64,000 nucleotides of DNA, taken from IMG/VR virus record IMGVR_UViG_2756170261_000003, positions 33,021 through 97,020 of that record; one strand, 5' to 3'. Source of the stretch: a virus (taxonomy: Duplodnaviria; Caudoviricetes). The notes beneath the pieces are model-generated. The model had not been told where the DNA came from. It ran no database searches and saw only the letters and a list, made by a program, of their open reading frames with translations. Position 1 is the first letter of the stretch, and each line of letters opens with the position of its first letter. The position numbers and the translations under genes are program-made. This document shows, piece after piece, positions 39,576-47,874 of the stretch.

Positions 39576-39844
39576 GCGGCCACCTCTTCATCGGGGCCTA
39601 CGCGCGGCTGGTAGTTTTCCTCAAAGGTGAGGCGGTAATCCACGTATCCGTACACATTGGACACAAACCCGCGACCGCATCCACCGCAAACAAACTTTTC
39701 CCCCGGCATGGCCGGCACGCCGTCCAGCCATTCGAAGTTTTCCGCCAGCACAAGCTCTCCGACAACCGGAATACGGTTGACGTGAAATGACGGCTTCCCG
39801 CAATCGGGATCTATGAATGTGAGGGCGTGGGTCTCTATGCTCAT
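39572..39844 (-). CDS. Small hypothetical protein
   Basis: ATGA-coupled; CxxC. Confidence 0.5.
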   Translation of the reverse strand: MSIETHALTFIDPDCGKPSFHVNRIPVVGELVLAENFEWLDGVPAMPGEKFVCGGCGRGFVSNVYGYVDYRLTFEENYQPRVGPDEEVAA

Positions 39845-40203
39845 GCCGCCACCTCTTCGGCCATGCCGTTGGCAACCAGGGCGGCATGCGGTACCGCGCA
39901 GCCACGATCCAGCAGAATCTGGATGCACTCGGCCACCAAGCTCAACTGGAAGCCGTATTTCTTCTCGAAGCGGGCCTTCCAGGGATGAACGGCGATGACG
40001 CCCGGTATTCCGGCGTCCTGATGGTGCGGGCCGCACAGGGGCAGAACCCACCAGTGCGCGTTTTTCTTCACGCGCCCGTCAATGTGGTGGATCGACACCC
40101 AGGAAGTGAAAATTCCATCCTTCGAGCAGGCAATGCAGCCGATATGGCTGGCCAGCATGTCGTGAAACCGTTTCTCTTCCGCGTTGACGCTGCGCCCCTT
40201 CAT
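39841..40203 (-). CDS. Ref-like HNH/Zn nuclease
   Basis: GCIAC...IHHIDGR...LPLCGPHH. Confidence 0.75.
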   Translation of the reverse strand: MKGRSVNAEEKRFHDMLASHIGCIACSKDGIFTSWVSIHHIDGRVKKNAHWWVLPLCGPHHQDAGIPGVIAVHPWKARFEKKYGFQLSLVAECIQILLDRGCAVPHAALVANGMAEEVAA

Positions 40204-40658
40204 ACAAACCCCACGATTTGAGCGACAACATCATCCAAGTCTTGCCGCGTGTAGTTGGTCAGCACTTTTTGCAGCAGGACGTTTGCCACGGCTGAATACA
40301 GTTTTTCGAAGTCTTCCTGCTCCATGCGGGAAAACTTGATGCTTTGAGCTTCGGCGCGCACGTCGCCATTGATGTTCGCCACCGCGTCGTAGAAGCCGGC
40401 GGCGATGATGCAGTCCTTGCGGAAACGGTTGCGGTTTTTCTGAACCGGCAGGCCACGGTGTTCCGCCTCGGGCGGTTCCCAGGCGTCGAACCCAATGTCC
40501 AACATGGCGAAGAACTTGCGGTGAAACTTCGAGTTGCGCATAGACGCCACCTCGGCGCGGATCGTTGACCCGACCTTGAACCGGCGGCACGCATCGGCCT
40601 GCTCTTCATCGAGCGGCACAAACGAGCCTTGCGGGGTCTTGAGCAACAGGACTTCCAT
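40200..40658 (-). CDS. DUF1367/NinB-like protein
   Basis: RNSKFHRKFFAML, SIKFSRMEQEDFEKLY. Confidence 0.75.
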   Translation of the reverse strand: MEVLLLKTPQGSFVPLDEEQADACRRFKVGSTIRAEVASMRNSKFHRKFFAMLDIGFDAWEPPEAEHRGLPVQKNRNRFRKDCIIAAGFYDAVANINGDVRAEAQSIKFSRMEQEDFEKLYSAVANVLLQKVLTNYTRQDLDDVVAQIVGFV

Positions 40659-41035
40659 TACGCCGACACGCCCGCAGCAAGTACGCGGCGAAGCGCAAGG
40701 TTTTCTTCCCGCAGCAGGCGGTTTTCTTTTTCGGTCTCGGTTTCCAGGCGGCGCAGGCTGGATACGTCATAGCCGCGACGGTGGAGCATCCACAACAGCG
40801 GCGCATCATTGCCGCAGGTGTCCATGAGCAATTCAAATTTCGGCCAGATAATCCCCTCGGTTCCATTTGTCCACCGTGAGAACTGCGCCTTATCAACTTT
40901 CAATTCGGCCTGTAAGGTCTTGTCCAGGGAATACCCGCCAGCCTTGGCGCAAAGTTCGATTGCGCCGCCCAGGGTTTTCTCGCGCGCGACCTCGTTTGGG
41001 GTAACGATTGTTGGTAGTGAAATTTGGTTGCTCAT
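40658..41035 (-). CDS. CII-like transcriptional regulator
   Basis: HTH (VDKAQFSRW), CGNDAPLLW; downstream of cro. Confidence 0.65.
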   Translation of the reverse strand: MSNQISLPTIVTPNEVAREKTLGGAIELCAKAGGYSLDKTLQAELKVDKAQFSRWTNGTEGIIWPKFELLMDTCGNDAPLLWMLHRRGYDVSSLRRLETETEKENRLLREENLALRRVLAAGVSA

Positions 41036-41115
41036 GTCGCCTCAATTTTGTTGTGTGGTGTTGAGAGGTAATAAAGGGCAAAAATAAAAACACGTACTAA
41101 AAACCGGAGATAAAC

Positions 41116-41268
41116 ATGCTTACTGCTAATCAGTCCGCCCAGTCCGAATATGCGGCCCTGCTGGAACTGGCTGTCGATAAAGCCTGGGAGCAATGCGCCT
41201 TCCCCAGCGACGAACTGGTGGTGTCGTGGTTCTTTCGATTGGTATCCGGCTGCTCGACAGTTCATTGA
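41116..41268 (+). CDS. Small 50-aa ORF antisense between cro and cII
   Basis: GGAGA RBS; MLTANQSAQSEYAALLELAVDKAWEQC...STVH; below the track cutoff. Confidence 0.45.
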   Translation: MLTANQSAQSEYAALLELAVDKAWEQCAFPSDELVVSWFFRLVSGCSTVH

Positions 41269-41367
41269 TCTATACGTCCGTTGGGCCAATGGGGATTCGC
41301 TTATCCACGGGCTGTTCGGCTTCATCGGGCTTGGGGGTGGTGCTCATGTGCAGTCTCGCTTTTGTGG

Positions 41368-41601
41368 TTATGCGGCCTTCTTGCCGCGAACAATCGACCA
41401 GTCCACGCTCGGGCAAAGAAGCTCACACGGCACCCCGGTCATTTGCTCGATCCGGGGCGCGTACTTCGCCGGGACTTCTCGACCCTCCTGCTTCCACTGA
41501 TTCAGCGCGCCGCGAGTCAGGCCCAGGGCGCGCGCGAGGGCGGCTTCTGATCCGAAGAGGCCGGCGGCAGTCTCAAGTGGGTGAACGGTTTTCGTATCCA
41601 T
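41368..41601 (-). CDS. cro: Cro/YdaS-like repressor
   Basis: FGSEAALARALGLTRGALNQW...LCPSVDW; divergent from cI. Confidence 0.88.
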   Translation of the reverse strand: MDTKTVHPLETAAGLFGSEAALARALGLTRGALNQWKQEGREVPAKYAPRIEQMTGVPCELLCPSVDWSIVRGKKAA

Positions 41602-41608
41602 GACGCAG

Positions 41609-41674
41609 AGTATACGTTTTCTGGACGCATTTGGTCAACTAAATATAGACCTGTCGCGTATAGATTTTCTCTAC
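41609..41674. promoter_or_regulatory. pR (TTGACC-18-TATACT, minus strand) and three 17-bp operators (~GTMNA-N7-TNKAC)
   Basis: Operators at 41610-26, 41634-50 and 41658-74, exact 24-bp period. Confidence 0.8.
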
Positions 41675-41707
41675 ACTCGAAAACCATAAGTAAAAAGGGG
41701 TCAATGG

Positions 41708-42382
41708 ATGGAAATTAGTGACTGGGTGCGTAATGCTCGGGAGTTCGCCGGGCTGACACAGCCACAATTAGGAGACGCGCTCGGGATCTCCAAGCAGAAC
41801 ATTTCCGCCTGGGAGCGCGAGCGCCATGAACCCAGCTTCGATAACCTGATAAAAATCATCAGCGTGACGGGCTACCCGGAACCCTTGCCGGGCCTACCGC
41901 TTGAGCTATGGCAGGCAAGGCTTGATGCCGAAGAGGCCAAGCAGAATGAAATCTACCTACCCGTGCGAAACGCCGCCTTCGAACTGGGGTACGGCACTGA
42001 CGACCCGGGCATTGAGCTTGTCGCGGAACGAATCCGCTTCACCCGGTCGTTCATCCGCTCGGAAATGCCCCACATAACCAGCCTGGCGAACCTGTCACTA
42101 TTGCCTCACGCCGATTCAAGCATGGAGCCTACGTTCAGCGCGGGAAACCTGCTTGTGGTGGATCGCGGTGTCAATGACATGAAGGGCAACGCGGTTTACG
42201 CCTTCCGCCTGCAGGGCCAAGTCTTCGTCAAGCGGATCGTGCGCAACCCGATAACAATGAGCATCACAGCAAAGTCGGACAACGAATTGCACGGCTCTTT
42301 TGAAATCGAACCGGCCCAGGCTGAATCGCTTGAAGTCCTGGGGATGATCGTCTATGCAATGCGCGGGAAGCGCGTTCAATAA
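41708..42382 (+). CDS. cI: CI-like repressor (HTH plus S24 peptidase)
   Basis: LTQPQLGDALGISKQNISAWE; SMEP and VKR catalytic motifs. Confidence 0.9.
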   Translation: MEISDWVRNAREFAGLTQPQLGDALGISKQNISAWERERHEPSFDNLIKIISVTGYPEPLPGLPLELWQARLDAEEAKQNEIYLPVRNAAFELGYGTDDPGIELVAERIRFTRSFIRSEMPHITSLANLSLLPHADSSMEPTFSAGNLLVVDRGVNDMKGNAVYAFRLQGQVFVKRIVRNPITMSITAKSDNELHGSFEIEPAQAESLEVLGMIVYAMRGKRVQ

Positions 42383-42393
42383 AAAGCAAGAGC

Positions 42394-43080
42394 ATGAACA
42401 CTACAAAAACCCTTCTGGCAGCCATCATCATGACCTTTTCTGCCGGCGCGCTGGCGCAAGAGGCCCCGCCCGAATGCGGAGACAGCCAAGTAACCGGCCT
42501 GGTGGTCAACACCATCAATCGCAATATCCGCGAAAACCCGCTGATTGCGGCCAGGGCCGGCGGCATCCGGGCCATATCGGTTGACGCCGTGGCCCAGGTC
42601 TACGCCGACCCGGCGATACGCGCCTGCCTGGCGGACGTGCGGCGCAGCGATGGGGTTGTCGAGAACGGGTACACGGTGGAGTGGATCAACCGATCATCGG
42701 GCGAGTTTGCCATCCAGCTTGTGGGTGCTGACACGCTGCAGGCCCGGTATGGCAAGCTGACCGCGCAAAGCGCCCCCGCCAGCGCGGCGGCCAACGGCTA
42801 CGAGGCCTGCATCGAGGCCGCCGAATCGACCGGCGAAATGATCGACTGCGCCAACGCCGAAGCCCAGCGCCAGGACACCCGCCTGAATGCGGCCTACAAG
42901 GCGGCAATGGCCGTCAACGACAAGAACGCGCTACGGACAGCCCAGCGCCAATGGATCAAAGACCGTGACAGCCAGTGCGCCCCCAATGAGGACGGCGGGC
43001 AGATGGCCGGGCTTGAGGCCGCTGATTGCGTGGCGACCATGACGGCGGCCAGGGCGGACGAACTTGAGGCCATGAGGTAA
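42394..43080 (+). CDS. Exported protein with C-terminal LprI/DUF1311 lysozyme-inhibitor-like domain
   Basis: Signal peptide ending AGALA; C..A.ST.EM.DC...LNAAYK...LRTAQRQWIKDRDSQC...C. Confidence 0.8.
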   Translation: MNTTKTLLAAIIMTFSAGALAQEAPPECGDSQVTGLVVNTINRNIRENPLIAARAGGIRAISVDAVAQVYADPAIRACLADVRRSDGVVENGYTVEWINRSSGEFAIQLVGADTLQARYGKLTAQSAPASAAANGYEACIEAAESTGEMIDCANAEAQRQDTRLNAAYKAAMAVNDKNALRTAQRQWIKDRDSQCAPNEDGGQMAGLEAADCVATMTAARADELEAMR

Positions 43081-43083
43081 TGC

Positions 43084-44118
43084 ATGGAAGAGCTGTTCTT
43101 TTCGGCCACGCCGATACAGGGCAGCACCCCGGCGGCGGGCGCTCTTCCGGTTCCCTCCCAATACCTATGGGCGGTTTGGGATATTTACCCCGGCCATGAC
43201 GTGCGCAGACCGCCCCTGTTTTCAGGGATCGAACCGGACGCCCATGGCCTACTGCGCCGGCACAGCCAGTTTGACATTCGCATAGGCGACGGCGACAACC
43301 ACCACTTCAATGAACGGCTGCGGGAAATGGCCCGCCAGCCCGGCATGCTCGTTTCCAGCCTTCGCCGATCATCCGGGCGTCACTTTCTTGTCGCTTGGGA
43401 AACCCGGATTCACTACCTGATGGGCCTGCCGCCAGTTTTTGAGGTGGATGGTCTGGGTTTGGCCGACCTGCACAAGCGCCAGGAAGAGACGGGGGTCGCG
43501 CCGGACGTGTCAGGGTATGCCAGGGCCTACCTGCGAAGAAAAGAGGCAGAGGCGGCGTTTTGCGCGCCGCCAGGCCTGGATGCCGAGGCAATAGTTCCTG
43601 AATTCGTCTACGCGGATCACAACGAAAAATATATTTCCACCGCCCCCAACTGGAAGCGGCACCGCGTCGTCAGGAAGACCCCACAGACCATTTTTGTTGA
43701 TCGGTTCGCGTACTGCACGGGCGAACACATGCGGCGCGGCTGGCAGGCGGGCGTCATCTACACGGCCATGATCGAACGGGCCGTCTTTGAGGAAACGGGC
43801 CGGTACTACCACCAGACGCTGAAAGCCCATTTCGTACACGAACCCATCGCGCGCGCCCGGGCCAAGGCCCTATTCAGGCCGGGCGGGCGGTTCAGTGAGC
43901 CGGTGCTGGATCTGCCGGCGGGCGATATTCAGTGGGCGATGGGCGTGCTTGGCGTGGAAGCCTGGCCGGTAACGACTGGCGCGGTCAAGAAAGCCTTTGC
44001 CAAGGCGGCCATGCTTCACCACCCCGACCGGGGCGGCCATGCCAGGGCCTTCATTGAGTGCCGGGCGGCGCGCAACCTGCTGCTTTCCAGGCTATCGCCT
44101 TTCCCTGAACGCCGATAG
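43084..44118 (+). CDS. Protein with C-terminal J-domain
   Basis: VLGV...VKKAFAKAAMLHHPDRGG...F. Confidence 0.75.
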   Translation: MEELFFSATPIQGSTPAAGALPVPSQYLWAVWDIYPGHDVRRPPLFSGIEPDAHGLLRRHSQFDIRIGDGDNHHFNERLREMARQPGMLVSSLRRSSGRHFLVAWETRIHYLMGLPPVFEVDGLGLADLHKRQEETGVAPDVSGYARAYLRRKEAEAAFCAPPGLDAEAIVPEFVYADHNEKYISTAPNWKRHRVVRKTPQTIFVDRFAYCTGEHMRRGWQAGVIYTAMIERAVFEETGRYYHQTLKAHFVHEPIARARAKALFRPGGRFSEPVLDLPAGDIQWAMGVLGVEAWPVTTGAVKKAFAKAAMLHHPDRGGHARAFIECRAARNLLLSRLSPFPERR

Positions 44119-44331
44119 CTCTATGGTTAGAGACTCCACGGCGGCGCGCAGACATTGGATTGTTTTGATTAGTTCCTCTTGGCTTTGAGCGGTATCAAAG
44201 CTGCTATCCAAGCGCGCGACGATTTCACCATTCATTGAGCGGCCATTCTTTTCCCCGGCCTTGGCAAGCCTTGCCCGCATGCCATGCGGCATACGCAAAT
44301 TGAACTTCTCGTACTTGCTTTCTGGTGTCAC
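44092..44331 (-). CDS. Arc-like ribbon-helix-helix regulator
   Basis: KFNLRMP.GMRARL...NGRSMNGEIVARL; GTG start after GGAGG. Confidence 0.8.
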   Translation of the reverse strand: MTPESKYEKFNLRMPHGMRARLAKAGEKNGRSMNGEIVARLDSSFDTAQSQEELIKTIQCLRAAVESLTIELSAFRERR

Positions 44332-44546
44332 TACGCGCCTATCCTCCGCTGATTGCCCGAAGGATACCAATTTGTAAGCATGAAAAGAATGGTGGCATTT
44401 TGGCCCCAAAATCTTACAAAGTGGCATAATTCAGGTCGATGTCAGTGTGACATTATTCAACAAAGGAAGTTACCAGTGGCAACAACATCAGTCCTAGAAG
44501 CAACCCTGCGTACAGCGGCCCGCGTTATGAAAGAAGGTGAAGCATC

Positions 44547-44828
44547 GTGACGTATGACCAAGCTACGCTCCCCAGCACAGATGCAGCAACCCGCCCGCCC
44601 CCGCAGAAGAAGTCAGAAGCAATGCCCCACATCAAGCTAAGCCTTTCGTCCTACCAGTCCGGGATCAACAAGCTTTTGCAGCTCGAAGCCCTCACTGCCT
44701 CCCTGTCCGGCCCCGGCTTTGCACCATTCCGCCAACTTAGCCCATCCCTGCAAGAGAACCTTGCATCCCTTGTTGCAGACCTCACCCAGGACGCCCGGCG
44801 CGCCCTTGAGCACTGTAATAGCCAGTAG
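44547..44828 (+). CDS. Hypothetical protein
   Basis: AAGGTGA RBS; divergent from the Arc-like gene. Confidence 0.5.
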   Translation: MTYDQATLPSTDAATRPPPQKKSEAMPHIKLSLSSYQSGINKLLQLEALTASLSGPGFAPFRQLSPSLQENLASLVADLTQDARRALEHCNSQ

Positions 44829-44850
44829 GGCCGCCCCGCCCAAGTAGACG

Positions 44851-44873
44851 AAGCCCCTTTAAAGGGGCTTTTT
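44851..44873 (+). terminator. Palindrome AAGCCCCTTTAAAGGGGCTT plus T-run
   Basis: Perfect 20-bp palindrome followed by TTT. Confidence 0.55.
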
Positions 44874-44925
44874 GACCCCAAAACCTAGTTTGTTACAAAT
44901 AAATCCACCCCCGATAGATTTATCT

Positions 44926-44995
44926 GTACCGATTTTGTTGACTTATGCGTCCACGATACCTATACTTCGTTTCATCAAGTCTATTAACAAGAGAC
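44926..44995 (+). promoter_or_regulatory. pL (TTGACT-17-TATACT, 44938-44966) with three 17-bp operators
   Basis: Operator-like sites at 44926-42, 44949-65 and 44979-95 resemble the OR sites. Confidence 0.8.
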
Positions 44996-45001
44996 TTAGA
45001 A

Positions 45002-45014
45002 CGCTCTTTAACAA
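45002..45014 (+). promoter_or_regulatory. boxA antitermination element
   Basis: CGCTCTTTAACAA ~30 nt after the predicted pL start. Confidence 0.8.
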
Positions 45015-45403
45015 CCCGCTCGATGAATCGCCGCGATGCCCGCAAGGGAACGCGCGGCCTGCCCGACTACGTGGGGGCAGAAGCAAATCCCACGAAAAAA
45101 CAGAGAACCGCGCAGGCTCGGTGTTCCGAGCGCTGTACTGCAAAGCGATCTGCCGATTTCAATTCCATCGAATTCGGGGGAATTGGAACGCCAATTGGAA
45201 AGCATGGCGGGTAATGCGTCAGCCACGAAGGGGCCAACCCTCACGGGCTGTTTGATCCGAGTCGTCGGGAATCTCAAACGGATGAAATATTCCGCCGAAC
45301 CCGAAGAAAAGGGCCTGGCAACAGGCCGCTTTGGTAAGCGCCCGCAATGGGTGCTTACTGAAGCGCAGGCGCGCTAAACAACCAACTTTTACGTGAGAAA
45401 AAT

Positions 45404-45871
45404 ATGGCTGCTTTGATTGTTTTTGGACTTCTGGCCCTGGCCTGCATAGGCATAGCGCTGATTCGCATTTCCTCGGAAGGCGAGGCCGATGGGGTAAGCA
45501 AGTCACTCGGCATTGCCGCGCTGGCTCTTGCCATAGCGGCGGTTATTTCCTACCCCTATGTGAATGTCTGGCAACGCTCAATGAGCGGTCAGGCGCAAAT
45601 GGCCGAGGCCGAAGCAAACAGGCAAATCAAGGTGCGCGAGGCGCAGGCCATCAAGGACTCCGCTCAACTGCTCGCAGACGCCGAGATTGCCCGCGCCCAC
45701 GGTGTCGCCGAAGCCAACCGTATCGTTGCTGATGGCCTTGGCGGCCCGGAAGGCTACCTTCGCTACCTCTACATCGAGGGGCTGAAAGAGGCGCAACGCC
45801 AGGGCGCGCAGATTATCTACGTTCCCACCGAAGCCGGCTTGCCTATCCTTGAGGCGAGCCGCCTGAAATAG
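45404..45871 (+). CDS. Membrane protein with SPFH/band-7-like C-terminal coiled coil
   Basis: Two TM segments; A.GVAEANRI...YLRYLYI...IIYVPTEAGLPILEA. Confidence 0.7.
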   Translation: MAALIVFGLLALACIGIALIRISSEGEADGVSKSLGIAALALAIAAVISYPYVNVWQRSMSGQAQMAEAEANRQIKVREAQAIKDSAQLLADAEIARAHGVAEANRIVADGLGGPEGYLRYLYIEGLKEAQRQGAQIIYVPTEAGLPILEASRLK

Positions 45872-45930
45872 TCCACCCACACGCCGCGCCCAGTGCGGCA
45901 ATCGCCACCCCCAACCAAACAGGAAAAATC

Positions 45931-46647
45931 ATGGAAATCAAAATCAACCTCGATCTTTCGGCGGCAGTGTCCAATGCGCTGGCCCCTGAAAACCTCGCCC
46001 CGATCCTGAACAAGCACGTAACCGAGGCGATCACCAACGCCATACGCACCGCGACCGGCTACCGAAGCGAATTTTCGGAAGCGCTTGAAGCGCAATTTAA
46101 GGAGCACATGCCACACGGCCTGGGCCTGGATGACGTTGTGAAATTCCAGCACGTCCTGAATGAAGCGCTGAAAGGGGCAGTTCACGGCGCAAACTTCGAG
46201 ACCGTGAACGCAGCCCTGGCCGAAGCCGCAAAATCGGCACTGCCCGAAGTTCCGGCCATGGTGAGCATGTCGGAACTCTTGAAAATGGCGCGCGAAAGCC
46301 TGACCTATGAAGAGGGTGAGGCCTTCTACGCCCTGTACGAAGAATCCGACCACGGGTACCGCCACCTCTACTTGGATAGAAACCCGAAGGTTGGCAGTGC
46401 CTCTTTCGGAATCTACACGCGCGAAAGCAACAAATACAGCGCCGACATAGCCCTGTCATTCAACAAAGAGGGTGAGGTGTACTCGCTCAAATTCCGGGAT
46501 GGTCATGTGACCCCATCATCCAGGCCGACCGTTATTTCGCGATTCGATTCAATTCTCATGGCTATGTATGTTGGCCGAACGCGATTGACGGTTGACATGG
46601 ATGCCGACGAGGTTGAATACGCGGCACAGGAGAAATACGACGATTAA
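45931..46647 (+). CDS. Hypothetical phage early protein
   Basis: 238 aa, AGGA RBS. Confidence 0.7.
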   Translation: MEIKINLDLSAAVSNALAPENLAPILNKHVTEAITNAIRTATGYRSEFSEALEAQFKEHMPHGLGLDDVVKFQHVLNEALKGAVHGANFETVNAALAEAAKSALPEVPAMVSMSELLKMARESLTYEEGEAFYALYEESDHGYRHLYLDRNPKVGSASFGIYTRESNKYSADIALSFNKEGEVYSLKFRDGHVTPSSRPTVISRFDSILMAMYVGRTRLTVDMDADEVEYAAQEKYDD

Positions 46648-47005
46648 GGGCAGTTCCCTAGCCGCCGGGGTCGAAAGATAGGGGCGGACGCAACAGCCGG
46701 CGGAGCGCGCTTCACTATCACCGGCAGCCAGAGAGTTACGGGCCTCTGATTTCCACCCGGCCCAACAATCCGTTTCGCGTGGGTGCCTCATGTGAGGGAA
46801 AGCCTGGGCATTCCGAGGGATTGGGTGCTTGATCTGGTGGGCAGCCTGGGAAGACGGGCAACACAATAACGCGAGCCTGAACGCGCACAGGCCCATGCCG
46901 GACATGGTTAAAGCCGAATCCCTTACGGCGGGCAGCCGAGGCCCATGCTTGAGCCTGTCTAACGTGTAATGACGAGCAAATACAGCAGGCCCTGCTTCGG
47001 CAGGG

Positions 47006-47183
47006 CCATCACATAGGCGGCGGCGTGGAAAGCTGGGTCGCTCCCTAGAGACACGCACGAACGCATGGGCCTGATAGAAAGAGGTCGGATGACAAGGGGC
47101 ACGCCAAGGCCACGCCCCCGAAGCCCGAATACAACCATGTCTCTCGTATAGCTGGGGCAGCGCCCAGCCCGCCTATGTGATGG
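47006..47183 (+). ncRNA. tRNA-like structured RNA (non-canonical)
   Basis: Perfect 15-bp closing stem with D-like, T-like and enlarged central arms. Confidence 0.45.
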
Positions 47184-47368
47184 TCGCAGGAAAGCGTCAG
47201 GCACCCGACTTGTAATCGGGCCAGCCAAGGACAAACGCGATGATAAGCCACTGGCCTCGCGCCGACGCCATACGGGTAGCGCCCGGCGTCCATCTTCAAA
47301 TTCCCCTCAAAAAACCCCCAAATCGAAAGGCCGGCACTCCGCCGGGCCGATCACATGGAGCGCGTCCT

Positions 47369-47629
47369 ATGAAAACCGCAATCAAAACCACCAACGAAAT
47401 TGCCGCTGCATATGATTCGGCCCCGCTGATGTTCAAGCGCGAATCGACCCGGCACCCCTACAGCCCGAACAGGCGCTTGAAGCCTTCGCAGGAATATCGC
47501 TTCGAGGGCAAGGGCGGATACGCCCCCAACAGCGACAAAATCCCCCTGCTACCGGCCATCGGGTACACGGCGGCATTCATCGGCGCTGGCGCTTTCTTCA
47601 TGTTCGTCGGCGCGGCGGCTGGATTCTGA
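47369..47629 (+). CDS. Hypothetical protein with C-terminal TM
   Basis: GGAG RBS; hydrophobic tail. Confidence 0.55.
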   Translation: MKTAIKTTNEIAAAYDSAPLMFKRESTRHPYSPNRRLKPSQEYRFEGKGGYAPNSDKIPLLPAIGYTAAFIGAGAFFMFVGAAAGF

Positions 47630-47630
47630 C

Positions 47631-47852
47631 ATGGCCGGCAAAACCGTAACCGTGAAGTGCAAGGCATGCCAATCGCCATTCGAGGCCCGCGTAGCCGACC
47701 GCCGGCGCGGCTGGGGCCGATTCTGTTCAAAGTCCTGCAAAGCCATCCATCAAGAGCGGCGCTCCGGGCAGTACCGGGATTGGCTCAACGGGGCCGACCC
47801 GGATCACAACCCTGAATTTTCAAACGCTCACCAGTTCGACAACTGCGAATAG
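47631..47852 (+). CDS. Small Zn-finger protein
   Basis: CKAC...RGWGRFCSKSCKA. Confidence 0.7.
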   Translation: MAGKTVTVKCKACQSPFEARVADRRRGWGRFCSKSCKAIHQERRSGQYRDWLNGADPDHNPEFSNAHQFDNCE

Positions 47853-47874
47853 TGACACCACAAGGAAATGAGAA

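Noticed and set aside
44945-45214. ORF containing MNRRDARKG as a lambda N-like antiterminator
   Set aside because: Overlaps promoter, boxA and hairpins; no RBS; better explained as RNA structure, though not excluded
47066-47090. CTGATAGA...GAAA as a hammerhead core
   Set aside because: Does not fit CUGANGA with stem II; forms a simple GGCCT/AGGTC hairpin
47006-47220. Canonical tRNA gene
   Set aside because: No T-loop consensus, no CCA, arm lengths wrong
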